Assembly: GCA_030264375.1 (NCBI GenBank)
Contig: JASCQW010000072.1
Location: 73,682,761 to 73,746,760 of the forward strand
Length of the DNA stretch: 64,000 nt
Direction of reading: 5' to 3'
Source: Carcharhinus longimanus
Taxonomy: Eukaryota
The translations under genes were made by a program, and so were the position numbers. A model generated the notes under the pieces. The model saw nothing but the letters and a program-made list of their open reading frames with translations. It did not search any database and had not been told where the DNA came from. Each line of letters starts with the position of its first letter. Position 1 is the first letter of the stretch. Positions 52,900 to 64,000 of the stretch are shown piece after piece.

Positions 52900-55800
52900 A
52901 AAGTAGTCAGTGCACATTTCAAAAGCTAAGTCATGCTTAGCAAACAATTCTTTGAAGAGGTAATAGGAAGACTAAGCTGTGATAATGTAGCCATATACTT
53001 TCAAAAGATGTTCAAAAGACTGTCAGTAACACAATAGACATATGACACAGATGTGGAGCATGTCGAGACAGGGATAATATATGGTAAATTAGCTAAAAAA
53101 ATAGAAAACAAAGTCTGGATAAAAGGCACTCGCTTAAAGTTGGAGGCACGTAAAGAGTGATGTTCCACAAGGTCAATGTCTGGACTGCTGTTATTCAAAA
53201 TTTACATTAATGCTTTGGATTTAGAAACAAGTAACTTTGATTTCAAAGTTTGCAGATGATACCAAACTGCTAGTGAGGATAATATACTACAATAAGACAT
53301 TGTGAAAACTTGCAGACTGGGAAGTCAAATGGGAAATGAACTATTCTTAGAATCAAAGAGAAAGAGACCCTTCAGCCCGTCATGTCTATGCTGGTCATCA
53401 AACACCTTTCCTAAACCCATTTTTCAGCAGTTGATCTGTAGCTTTGTGTGCTGCTTAAACCTTGCAAGGGTTCCTGCCTCTACCACCCTTTCAGACAGTG
53501 CATTCCAAATTCCCAACTCCTTCTGGGTGAAATGCTTTTCCTTGAATCCCTTCTAAATCCCCTTTCCCTTACATTAAATCTATTCCCTCTGGTCATGAAA
53601 TCACTCTACTAAGGGGAAATGTTTCTTTCTATCTATGCCCCTCAAAATTTTGCACACTTCGTTTAGCAAAAGACCCAGCACCAATCCCTACAGTATATCA
53701 CAGGACACAGACTTCCAATCACAAAAACAATCTTCAATTATCACCCTCTGCCTCCAGCCAATAAGCCAATTTTGGATCCAATTTGCCAAAATGCCCTGGA
53801 TCTCATGGGCTCTTACCTTCTTAATCACTCTCCCTCGTCAAAAACCTTACTGAAATCCATTTATGCTACATCAACTACATGGCTCTCATCTACACACCTA
53901 GTCACCTCCTTGAAAAATACCATCAAATCTCCTCAAAAAAAGCCATGTTGAAATATCCTTGATTAATCTTTATCTCTCTAATGGAGATGAATATGTTTCC
54001 TCAGATTTTTTTCTAATCATTTTTCAACACTGATGTTACATTCACTGGCCTGTTATTACCTGCTTTTTATTCCTAATTCCCTTCTTCAATAATGGTGCCA
54101 CATTAGCTGTCCCCCAGTCCTCTGACACCTCTCCTGAGGCCAGAGAAGATTTGAAAATTAGTATCAGGATCTTCTCCCTTGCCTCACACAGCAGCCTAAG
54201 ATACATCTAATCTGGACCTGGGAATTTATCCACTTTTGGGACCACTAAAATCATTAACACCTGCTCCCTCCAAATGCTAATCTGTTCAATTATCTCAGTC
54301 CTTGTCCCTGTTTTCTATCCCTGCATCGTCCTTCTCCTAAGTGAACACAGATGCAAAATATTCACTTAATACCCCACCTATATCTTTGGGCTCCACAGAC
54401 AAATTTTAGGTGATAAACTTTGGTAGGAATAATAGAGACATCACCTACACCCTAGGTGGGGCGGAAGAGCAAATGGATATAAGTACACAAGCAAAAACAA
54501 ATCATTAAGAGTCACTATGTCACAGGTCCTATCTGTCTCTGTGTTCTTAAGGATGAGTCCAGCCATGTTGCCATGAAATGCTTAAGCTAGTTGGGCCGTG
54601 CCATCCCACCTGACCATCATGGAGAAGTTTATGCAGAAAGACACCTTTGACCATGAGTCTATCAGGTAGTGGTCCACCTGTAACTTCTTCAAGGACTTGT
54701 GAGATAAGGAGATAGTGGATCCTGTTGTTTAGTTCCCTGAGCAGACTGTCAAATTCATTTGATAGAGTACTTCATCACCAGAATTTTCAAACAAATGCCA
54801 AGATTTAACTTGGCAGGTGGTGAGAAGAGCTTTCCTGTCAGACCCGTCCAGTGTGCCTGCTGTCCAACTCCCTCTGCACATTCCCCTCAAGGTGGCTGTG
54901 GTGGGGAAGAAACTGACAGAAAAAACTAATGGAACAATAGGTGATTTTTCACTTTCATGCTCAAGTGCAGGCTAGGAACATCCCAATAAGGACAAACAGT
55001 AAGGATGCCAAAAAACACAGTTCCTTAGAGAGATGGAGGTTATGATAAAACATCAGAAGGATATATGACGCATTTCAGGCAAGTCCATAAGTGGGAACCA
55101 GGTCATACACCACAGTTTGAGAGGCGAGGTGATGAGTAAAGTAAGTCTGACAAAGAGAGTAAGAGAATGAATTGATAGAAGAAAAATGGAAGCCCAAAAA
55201 ATTCTAGCGTGTAAATAGAGAGTTCTATGAGGTGGAGCTGGTCCTGGTGGTGACAAAGAATATGTATACCTAAAACTGCAGGACAAGCCTAGAATACAAA
55301 ATGAGTTCTTTGTATTGGGTTTATCAATGATGAGGTCTCTGACTAAATATCAGTCAATGCAGCGATAATGGAGACAATGGATAGTGTGAAAATTGTCAGG
55401 GAGGAGTTACTGGAAATGTTGGCTATGTTTTGGGCAGGTAAATCGCCCATTCTGGATGGTTTACAAAACACGTTGCCAAAAGAAGTGGGGATGGAGATAG
55501 CAAAGTGCGGGCCTTTCTTTCGATCTTCCCTGGAAAGTGTATAAGAACAGTCCTGCAACAAAAGGCCAGTTAGTTTAACATCAATGATGGGTAAGGTTTT
55601 GGAATCTATGATAGGTAGGAAAAATCAACAGACAAGTTTTGAGTGAATTAGGGGGAGCCAGCACAGATTTGTAAAAGACAGATTGTTCTTGACTAACTGA
55701 GAGGGTTGATAATGAAAATGGGGTGGATGTTGTTATATGGATTTTAAGAAAGCATTCAACAAGTGCAACATAAAAGAGAATAGAGCCAATGTTTGATGAA

Positions 55801-56255
55801 GTGTCATTTAAAGTCAAAATCTTTTGGCTCTATTCTCTTCATAGATATTGTCAGTCCTGCTCAGATTTTCCAGAATTTTATGTTTTTGTTTCAGATTCCA
55901 GCATCTGCAATATTTTGCCTTTACCGCATAATAGGCTGGTTAACAAAGTCTAAGCTCATGGCTGTAAATTGGGAGAGGGAAGTGTGCACCAGTCACTGAA
56001 GGTAAGCATGCAGGTGCAGCAGGCAGTAAAGAAGGCAAATGGCATGTTGGCCTTCATTGNNNNNNNNNNNNNNNNNNNNNNNNNNNNNNNNNNNNNNNNN
56101 NNNNNNNNNNNNNNNNNNNNNNNNNNNNNNNNNNNNNNNNNNNNNNNNNNNNNNNNNNNATATTCAATCCCCCTCGCTATAAAGGCCAACATTCCATTCG
56201 CCTTCCTGACCACCTGCTGCACCTGCAAACCGGGTTTTTGCGACTCATGCACAAT
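52900..56255. mobile_element. Cluster of nested, decayed CR1 fragments (both strands) with a Tx1-like piece at ~54520-54915
   Basis: KFADDTKL (53245), RPVSLTSMMGKVLES (55565), QVQQAVKKANGMLAFI (56010); Tx1 zf-RVT-like LTWQVVRRA...GGCGGEET. Confidence 0.7.
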
Positions 56256-56479
56256 CTTCTATGCTTTCCCAACCGCCTGTCATTTCCAGTAATTATCAGG
56301 TGGCAGCATGGTGGTACATTGATTAGTACTGCTGCCTCACAACATCAGGGAGACACAATCGATTCCAGCCTTGGGTGCCTGTCTGTGCGAAGTTAGCACA
56401 TTTCCCCCCTCTCTATATGCATTTTCTTCGCATGCTCTGCTTTCCTCCCACAGACCAAAGTTAGTATGGATTAGACAAT

Positions 56480-56850
56480 TCTCTATATGCACACATTGGC
56501 ACACGCATGCTCAGATATTTATCCATACATACGCATAGACATACAACATACTCAGATATATATCGATACACACAAATAGACACACGTATGCTCAGATATG
56601 TTTTTGTGCTCACACATGGACACGCATTCGCATCAGAAATTTATCTATACATAGACATAAACACACACATATCAGATATTTATCTGTGCGCACACGCAAG
56701 CTCAGAAATATATCTATATATACACGCTCAGGCTATAACATTGTAATCTCATGTTCAGATATTTATCTATATATACATATTCAGATATATAACTATACAC
56801 ACAGACGTTCAGATATATGTGTATATGCAAACACGTCTACGTCTGAGATC
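56480..56850. repeat. Degenerate AT/AC-rich tandem repeat (~30-bp unit, gctcagatatttatctatac...)
   Basis: tcagatat recurs about 10 times at ~30-bp spacing. Confidence 0.6.
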
Positions 56851-57574
56851 ACCTACCAAGAGATTCAAGAACAGCTTCTTCCCTGCTGTCATCACGCTTT
56901 TGAATAGACCTACCTTATAATAAGCTATTTTTTTCTCTAAACGCTAGCCATGACTGTAACACTATATACCGCACCCTCTCCTTTCATTCTCCCCTATAGA
57001 ATCGATAAACGTCATATCTGTAGAGTACTCAAGAAGCTATATTTTTCACTGCATGTTAATGCATGTGCAATAATAAATCAAATGAAATTAAACACACATG
57101 CGNNNNNNNNNNNNNNNNNNNNNNNNNNNNNNNNNNNNNNNNNNNNNNNNNNNNNNNNNNNNNNNNNNNNNNNNNNNNNNNNNNNNNNNNNNNNNNNNNN
57201 NNNNNNNNNNNNNNNNNNNNNNNNNNNNNNNNNNNNNNNNNNNNNNNNNNNNNNNNNNNNNNNNNNNNNNNNNNNNNNNNNNNNNNNNNNNNNNNNNNNN
57301 NNNNNNNNNNNNNNNNNNNNNNNNNNNNNNNNNNNNNNNNNNNNNNNNNNNNNNNNNNNNNNNNNNNNNNNNNNNNNNNNNNNNNNNNNNNNNNNNNNNN
57401 GCACAGACACAATCGCACACACAAACACGCACACACACAATCACAAACACATACACACACATATATTTACACACACAAACATATATATATCTCCAGATGG
57501 CTGGGATCTACTGAACTAATCCAATTGTCTCTAAAGTTGAATAGAACCCTTCACTGTACAGAGTAACATCTCAC

Positions 57575-57904
57575 CTTCCCTTTCTTCAGTTGCTTTGGGC
57601 TTCGACACACTCTTCGTCCAGTATTCCCCTGGTGTGCCACGTTGAACGATACAAGTGCAGACAGCGCCACTTTCCCAAGTTACCCCCGACACCATGACAT
57701 GACTTCTGATGCTGTAGGTCCCGTCCTTCTCCATTGTCCCGGGATCACTCGACCCTTCAGTGACGTAACCGGAAATATTCCAGAAAACAGCAATCTGATT
57801 AGAAGAAACTCCACTGACCAAACACACGAAGGGCACGGTACCATTCACATCCGGTTCAGCCGGCGGGACAAATACCAGCAGGGCCGTCTGGTTGGTAGAA
57901 CTGT
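57575..57904 (-). CDS. Ig C1-set domain exon of the VJ-C1 gene (read-through of the donor would stop at 57531)
   Basis: ctgtccag|AC AGT...GAA G|gtgag, phase 1/1, 330 nt, 90-nt intron after the V exon; DSSTNQTALLVFVPPAEPDVNGTVPFVCLVSGVSSNQIAVFWNISGYVTEGSSDPGTMEKDGTYSIRSHVMVSGVTWESGAVCTCIVQRGTPGEYWTKSVSKPKATEERE. C1 hallmarks: CLVSG..V.W, DGTYS..S...V....W..G....C.V. Confidence 0.92.
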
Positions 57905-57994
57905 CTGGACAGAGATTGAAACATAGTTCTCGATTAATTTACACCAAATGGTACTGCTGTGCACAATCTGAATTAACTTCACTTGCTCTCTTAC

Positions 57995-58321
57995 CCCCAA
58001 CCAGTAGTGTGTGTCCATTCTGGAGTGCTGTAACGCCATACTTCTCAGCACAGTAGTAGGAACCTGAGTCATTCGCCTGGACATTGCGAATTTCCAGTAT
58101 CAATTCAGATCTGCCGTTGTCTTTTTTAGGAATAAACTTACAACCGTCCCACTGACAGGTTGTATTGATTAGTTTTGGGATTTCACCAACATGTTGTTTG
58201 TACCAGAAATAGCTGGTCACCAATTCCGAAAACGTGCCGTCACACGTGAAATTCACCGTCTGGCCGACTTCAGCGACCACTGCGAAGGGCCTTTGAGTTA
58301 GCGAGGGTTCGGAATCTGCAA
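57995..58321 (-). CDS. Ig V-set domain exon with germline-joined J-like G strand (VJ exon of a non-rearranging VJ-C1 gene)
   Basis: ctctctag|TT GCA GAT...GTT GGG G|gtaag, phase 1/1, 327 nt; ADSEPSLTQRPFAVVAEVGQTVNFTCDGTFSELVTSYFWYKQHVGEIPKLINTTCQWDGCKFIPKKDNGRSELILEIRNVQANDSGSYYCAEKYGVTALQNGHTLLVG. Has the B-strand Cys, WYKQ and D.G.YYC. Confidence 0.93.
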
Positions 58322-58529
58322 CTAGAGAGATTATTGATACATTACCACAAATTATTTCGACATAGAAAGCTGCCGTTTGAAAAAAATCTCCTGTAAATTA
58401 AGAACAATCTCATTAATCTTCAATGATACTTCCTTAGATTTATTTGCCAATATGTGTTGTCTTCGCTTGAAAGGAAGAAGCAGAAAATCCCTTGTATCGA
58501 ACACTAAGTCGCATTTGCAGAGCTGTAGC

Positions 58530-58800
58530 CGGGCGGCATGGCTGTTGGCACCATTGCCACACAGCGCTAGGGACCCGGGTTCAATTCATAGTTTGGGTCA
58601 CTGCTTGTGCACGTCTCCCCCGTGCCGGCATGGGAGTTTTCTCCCACCGTTCGAACGCGGTGCTGGTTAGGTGCGTTGGCGGTGCTAAATTCTGTCTCTG
58701 TGTACCCGCACTGGTGCGGGAGTGTGGCGACTCAGGGTTTTTCACTGCAACTTTATTGCAGTGTCGATGTAAAAGTAAAGATTACTTATTAGTCACAAGT
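58530..58800 (+). mobile_element. HE1-related SINE upstream of the V exon
   Basis: gggacccgggttcaatt B box; cacgtctccccgtg core. Confidence 0.7.
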
Positions 58801-58858
58801 GAAGCTTACATTAACACTTCAATGAAGTTACTGTGAAATTCCCTTGTAAGCCGACTCA

Positions 58859-59900
58859 CATAAGAACATAAGAAATAGGAGCAGGAGTAGGCCATCTAGC
58901 CCTTCGAGCCTGCCCCGCCATTCAATAAGATCATGGCTGATCTGAAGTGTATCAGTTCCACTTACTGCCTGCTTAATTCCATAACCCTTAATTCCCTTAT
59001 CGATCAGATGAATGGCAATAAGGGACACTATAAAATGTCGCTTCATCAATGACCTTCCCTCCATCGTAAGGTCAGGAGTGGGGATGTTTTCTAATTATTT
59101 CACAGTGTTCATCACCATCACACCTCTCCAGATGCTGGAGCTGTCCGTGCCTGTGTGCAGCAAGACCTGGACAACATTCAAACATGGCAGGTAACATTCA
59201 TGCCCCACAAGTGCCAGTCACTGACCATCCACCACAATCTAACCTTCGCCCCTTGACATTGCTGAATCTCTCGCCAGCAGCACCCAGTGGTCAGAGATTG
59301 AACTGGGCCAGCGAAATATCCCAGAGCAGGTCAGAGGCTGGGAATTCTGTCATGGGTAACTCCCAAAGCCTTGTTTTGGTCTCCTTTTCTGAGGAAGGAT
59401 GTTCTTGCTCTCGAGGGAGTGCAGCGAATATTTACCAGGATAATTCCGGGGATAGGGGGACTGATGTATGAGGAGAGATTGACTAGGTTAGGATTGTTTT
59501 CACTGGAGTTCAGACAAATGAGGGGGGCGGTTCTTGTAGAGACTTATAAAATTCTAACAGGACTATTCAGGGTAGATGCAGGAGGAATGTTCCCGATGGT
59601 GGGGGGAGTCCAGAACCAGGGGTAGAGGATTCAGTGTAGACCATTTAGGACAGAGATGAGGAGATATTTCTTCACCCAAAGAGTGATGAGCCTGTGGAAT
59701 TCATTATCACAGGAAGTAGTTGATGCCAAAACATTGAATGCGTTCAAGAGGCGGCTGGATATGGCACTTGAGGCAAATGTGATCAAAGATTGTGGGGAAA
59801 AAGCAGGATTAGGTGATTGAGTTGGATGATCAGCCATGATCTTGGTGAATGGCGGAGCAGGCTTGAAGGGCTAAGTTACCTTTTCCTACACCTATTTTGT
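58859..59900. mobile_element. CR1 fragments (reverse 3' tail 58859-59010; forward RT C-terminus and tail 59371-59900)
   Basis: FWSPFLRKDVLALEGVQRIFTRIIPGIGGLMYEERLTRLGLFSLEFR. Confidence 0.85.
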
Positions 59901-61080
59901 ATGAATACAAGGGCCAGTGTCCAATTAGATAAAATTGGCTTAACCACAGAAAGCAGTGAGTCAGGGTCGATTATTGTATTTTGGATTAGAGGAAGGTGAA
60001 GTAATTTATTATTCACATATGAACTTATCACCATGTCTCTCCTCACAATTTTGGTTCAGACGGGTTGCAGTCACCTTTACTGGATCTGTTATTAGTGTAA
60101 AACAGTAAGTTTGCTGGCATCAGAAAACAACGTTACAAACTAATTGAGAGGGATTTCAGGTCACATTGCCTGTTTGCATTCTTTTAACATTTTGTTCTAA
60201 TAGTAGTGATTCACATTTAATGTGATTTCTGACATATTTGCAATTGATTTGCCAAATTAGTACTTACCCCCAAATGAGCAGCAGATCAGTTGGTGTGGTG
60301 GGAAGCTAATCTCCTGCTCAGATGTTACAATGAACAGCAGGAGTGAACCATTCCCAGCGTTTATCTGAAACCTGCACTGCTGTTGGATGATTAACAGAAC
60401 TTTTTGTTTTTGGTAATGGGAAATACAAAACTCAAAGGATTTGCCACTGAATGTATGTTCTCTTTTTTAATGCAAAGGTTGTTTAAGATGGGGCAATGAG
60501 TAAGTTCATGCAATGTAAAACATTTACATTATTGTATCAAACTTCCATACACGTTCCTGAAGATAAAGGTTTAAAAATTACATATCAGTCTGATCAATGC
60601 AAATTTGTACTTTCCAGACCAATTATCATTTCCCTCCCCCACCCCCACTAAAAATGCACGACAGGAGAGTGGGGGAGAGACTTTATTCTTTCAAAAATAT
60701 ACTTTATTCATAAAAATTTGTAGAAGTACCTTACAAAATATTTCAACCTACATTTCAATTTGAAAATGCCAGAAAGTGCCATAAAAATTTGACTTGCCCA
60801 CTCCTCTGTGCGAGTGTAATTCCTTTGATATTTACAATATACATTCCAATGTCAGGCATGCAGCCCGGAGGGAGAGGAGGGACTAACATCTCCAATTGAA
60901 ACTTAAGAGAGTGCAATAGAATGTAAGTTATTTTAAGGTGATAAAAAGTGCCTCAGCACAATTTCAGTATGGTATTCATGTTCATTGTAGGGGGAGGGGA
61001 TGTGACCCACAGTGTTGAGGGAGGCGGCACATAGACACTGCAAGGGGGGCGGGGGGCATGGTGACACATTGGGGAGGGAG

Positions 61081-61520
61081 GGGCACGCTAACATAGTGGT
61101 TAGCACGTCTGCCTCACAGCACCAGGGACCCAGATTTGATTCCTGGCTTGGGTCNNNNNNNNNNNNNNNNNNNNNNNNNNNNNNNNNNNNNNNNNNNNNN
61201 NNNNNNNNNNNNNNNNNNNNNNNNNNNNNNNNNNNNNNNNNNNNNNNNNNNNNNGGCACAGTGATTAGCACTGCTGCCTCACAGCACCAGGGACCCAGAT
61301 TTGATTCCTGGCTTGGGTCACTGTCTGTGTGGAGCCTGTTATGTTCTTTCCTCCCCCACCCCGTCTGTGTGTTTCCTCTGGTTTCCTCGCACATCCCGAA
61401 AGACATGCTGGTTAGGTGTATTGGCCGTGCTAAAGTCTCCCTCGGTGTATCCGATTTTTCACAGTAACTTCATTGCAGTGTTAATGTAAGCCTATACGTG
61501 ACATTGACAAATAGACTAAA
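61081..61520 (+). mobile_element. HE1-related SINE, head duplicated across an assembly gap
   Basis: ctgcctcacagcaccagggacccagatttgattcctggcttgggtc occurs on both sides of the N run. Confidence 0.75.
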
Positions 61521-61639
61521 CTCAAATGTAACAGATTGGGAGGACACAGTAAGAAGGGTTTGCCTGCTGTAACAGCAGCACACAGCATTGCTGCTTGCAA
61601 GACTCGCTGGAAGCTCTACACACACAGTCTGACTGTCCA

Positions 61640-61950
61640 ACGTTGCTCTGGCGCCTGACCCTGTAGCTCGCGCAGTCTCGCGCTACTTTCCTGCAGAGCC
61701 AACCGAGCGGACTGAGATGCGCGCGTGCACGCCCCTCTGGCTTGCGAGCGCGGGGAGCGGGCGCTCGCTGTCCTTTGACTTGCGCGCGCGCACTCACATT
61801 TACACACGCACGGGGGGACGGGTGCGCGCTGCCAGCCTGGGTGTGTGGACGTCGGGAGCAGCCATAGCAAATCCTGTGTCCAGATGGTATATTTTTTGCA
61901 GAGTGAGGGAGCAGGCAGGCTGGCTGAGGTAAGAAACGCCTGGGCGAAAT
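61640..61950 (+). promoter_or_regulatory. CpG island promoter and probable non-coding first exon of the next gene (donor GAG|gtaag at 61928/61929)
   Basis: Sharp local rise in CpG/GC in an AT-rich background. NRF1-like TGCGCGCGCGCA (~61781) and TGCGCGCGTGCA (~61718); strong splice donor. Gene identity is not visible in the window. Confidence 0.7.
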
Positions 61951-63279
61951 GCAATGGTTAATGACAGCAGAATAATGCAATAAGGGGAGGAAGGCGGAGC
62001 TCATTTATAATTATATAGTCTATTTGTTGTTTAGGTTGCCTCTTGCTTGTGCGCTCACCTAGCGGTTTTATGAATCAAGTCGTAATTTGGTTGCAACACA
62101 GTTACACACACAATCCCGAGTGAGGGATTGATACATCAGCAGGCTCACACATATTGATGTAACCCAGTCCACCTTGTGGGAACCGATGCCTGTATATTTT
62201 CTGTAAATGCATTGGTTTGTTTTCCCCCACCGCTTTTTTTTTCATTCCCTGTTAACATTTAATGTAACGGCAGCCCAGCAATCCTGAGGCGATTAAAGGT
62301 GGATTTTTTTTATTACTGGACAGTGGAAAGCTGCAGTGAGAGAGAGAGACACACACACACAGACTAACTGTGGAAGGAACCACAAATCCCCCTCATTTTA
62401 TCCAGTAGCAGACGTGTCAGCCTATTTTACTTCACCTTTTTTTTTCTCTCCACTTGTGGGTTCACAGTGCTTCAAGTAATCTCTTGCTAACCAAGTTGGC
62501 AATGAATGAGTGAGGACAGTAACAATGGCTGCTGAAACAAGACTGAGAAATATTCCTGATTGTGTCCACAGATTGCACCGTATTATGTGAAGGAAAAAGA
62601 GTGTCCTGCATTTAGACTTTGATTCCGGTCATTTTGTGAGACAGTATTTGTCCCCCCCCCCATTTAAAACTGATGGGTCCGTTTATTTTTTAATTAAACT
62701 GCCTTGTTGACGTAGGGTTGGTTGGAGGAGGCAGTGTGAAATCTCGAGAACTCCGGGAACTAGGCTTTGCATTTGGGCATAGTTTGGAATTTCACTCTAA
62801 GTCAACAAACGTGTTCCTACCTTCACACTAGTAATAGCCTTACAAGGATGATGAAATAAAACGGAATGATGAGCATGCAGTTTTTTTAACTCTTCTTGCG
62901 ACCCATTAAACTTTGCTCACCTCACTGAACCGTGCAACATAGGTCAATAGCGATAATCTGATGGAGGTTGATAAATTAGCTTTTATTATATCTTGTGAAA
63001 TATTTCTCAGCTTTATATAGTGGAACTTTCACGTTGAGATACTTAAAGGCAAACTGATTTTGTTCACTGGTCCCATTACAAGTGTTTCAGATTTAGTGAA
63101 ATTTTGAAGGGAAAGGTTTATATCTATGAACCTTGCTCAGGTACGTTCTACTTATTGAAATTTCTGTGCTAATATTTGATACATTATTTACGGATGGCTT
63201 AACTCTCACATGTCTGTGGTGTTTGCAGCCATCATATTCTGTGGGGTTTTTTTTAGAGCAAAGTTATGATCCAACATCA

Positions 63280-63750
63280 TTTTGGAGTGGTTGATTTGTG
63301 TTTTTCTGACTGAGATTGCTTCTTGAGAGACCATGAGTGTGAGACTTCAGCCACACAAGTGAGAGGAGCGGTGAGGTGGTGTGAACCTTGTGCTTTAATT
63401 GTCTGCAGTCTGTCAGAGAAGGATGAAACCGAGGAATGCAAGGAGAATAGTCTTGAGATCCTGGAGAAAGGTAAATCAGGGTATGGTGGTATTGGTCTGA
63501 TCTTGACCATGGATGCTGGTTTCTCACAGTCAAAGATGTTAGATTCTGCTTTCAGTATGGTGTTTATGTAACCTGTTTTAGAATTAGATTCTGTGACTTG
63601 GGCTATCCTTGTTAAAACATGAAAATCAATAGCTTTGGTTCTGAACTTATTGAGAATGTAGGTGAACAAAGGCCAAATCGAGTGCTTGAAACACAGAAAG
63701 AAACAAGAGAGAAGTTCACAAGAATGCTGATCATATTTTAATAAAAGCAA
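63280..63750 (-). mobile_element. Possible ancient L2-like LINE RT remnant
   Basis: Fragments HHTLIYLS...LSLVWLKSH..S and AESNIFDCE resemble L2 RT motifs; highly decayed. Confidence 0.3.
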
Positions 63751-64000
63751 AATGATAGAGCTTGGGAGGTAAGAGCCAAAATATTTGAAATTTGTCTATT
63801 AGTAAATAGATCTTTTTTATTTTTTATCAGAGGTGTTCAAAAAGCTCACCTATGTAAAACCCCACCATACTAAGTATATCTTATATCCCTATAACTGACG
63901 AACTGGAAGGATGTGATAGTAACAATTCTGCAGTTACATGGTGGCAGTGTACATAATTAAAAAAAAATTATTTTTCATCCAATTAATTGGAGATATAGGT

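Noticed and set aside
55053-55286. Hydrophobic minus-strand ORF as the TM exon of the VJ-C1 gene
   Set aside because: It is the antisense of purine-rich decayed CR1 ORF2 sequence on the + strand, so the hydrophobicity is probably incidental.
55965-56255. Inverted CR1 pair flanking a gap (also the duplicated SINE head at 61081-61320)
   Set aside because: High-copy repeats on both sides of a 100-N gap are probably scaffolding artefacts.
56480-56850. CRISPR-like repeat-spacer array
   Set aside because: Vertebrate DNA; this is a degenerate low-complexity tandem repeat without unique spacers or cas genes.
57995-58321. A rearranging Ig/TCR V segment with an RSS
   Set aside because: No CACAGTG-spacer-ACAAAAACC follows the YYC on the coding strand; the exon runs into a G strand and splice donor, and no other V, D or J segments are present.
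61490-61590. MLCAAVTAGKPFLLC... on the minus strand as the leader of the Ig gene
   Set aside because: It runs into a SINE tail, has only a weak donor and is not a convincing signal peptide.
61522-62004. 160-aa and 112-aa ORFs over the CpG island
   Set aside because: GC-rich promoter sequence lacks stop codons by chance; there are no recognisable domains.

Overview
Eukaryotic genomic DNA with about 15 N-gaps. The repeat landscape (HE1-type V-SINEs, HER1/CR1 LINE tails, Deu-domain SINEs) points to a shark or other elasmobranch. Ten coding exons on the + strand (5042-41814) reconstruct the 3' 468 codons of PIDD1 (ZU5-ZU5-UPA-death domain). All have GT-AG splice sites in consistent phase, and both HFSW autoproteolysis motifs are intact; the 5' LRR exons lie upstream of the window. 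Convergent on the - strand is a compact two-exon Ig-superfamily gene: a V-domain exon with its J-like G strand already joined in the germline and no RSS (57995-58321), then a 90-nt intron and a C1-set domain exon (57575-57904). This non-rearranging 'VJ-C1' antigen-receptor-like gene is the most interesting feature. About 3.3 kb further on, a CpG-rich promoter and first exon (~61640-61928, +) probably starts the next gene, which human synteny suggests is SLC25A22 (not proven). The rest is transposon-derived: PIF/Harbinger fossils and MITEs, hAT MITEs, CR1, Rex1, Tx1 and L2 LINE fragments, SINEs, and Penelope-like palindromes carrying hammerhead-ribozyme motifs. There are also two decayed ORF-like stretches of unknown origin.
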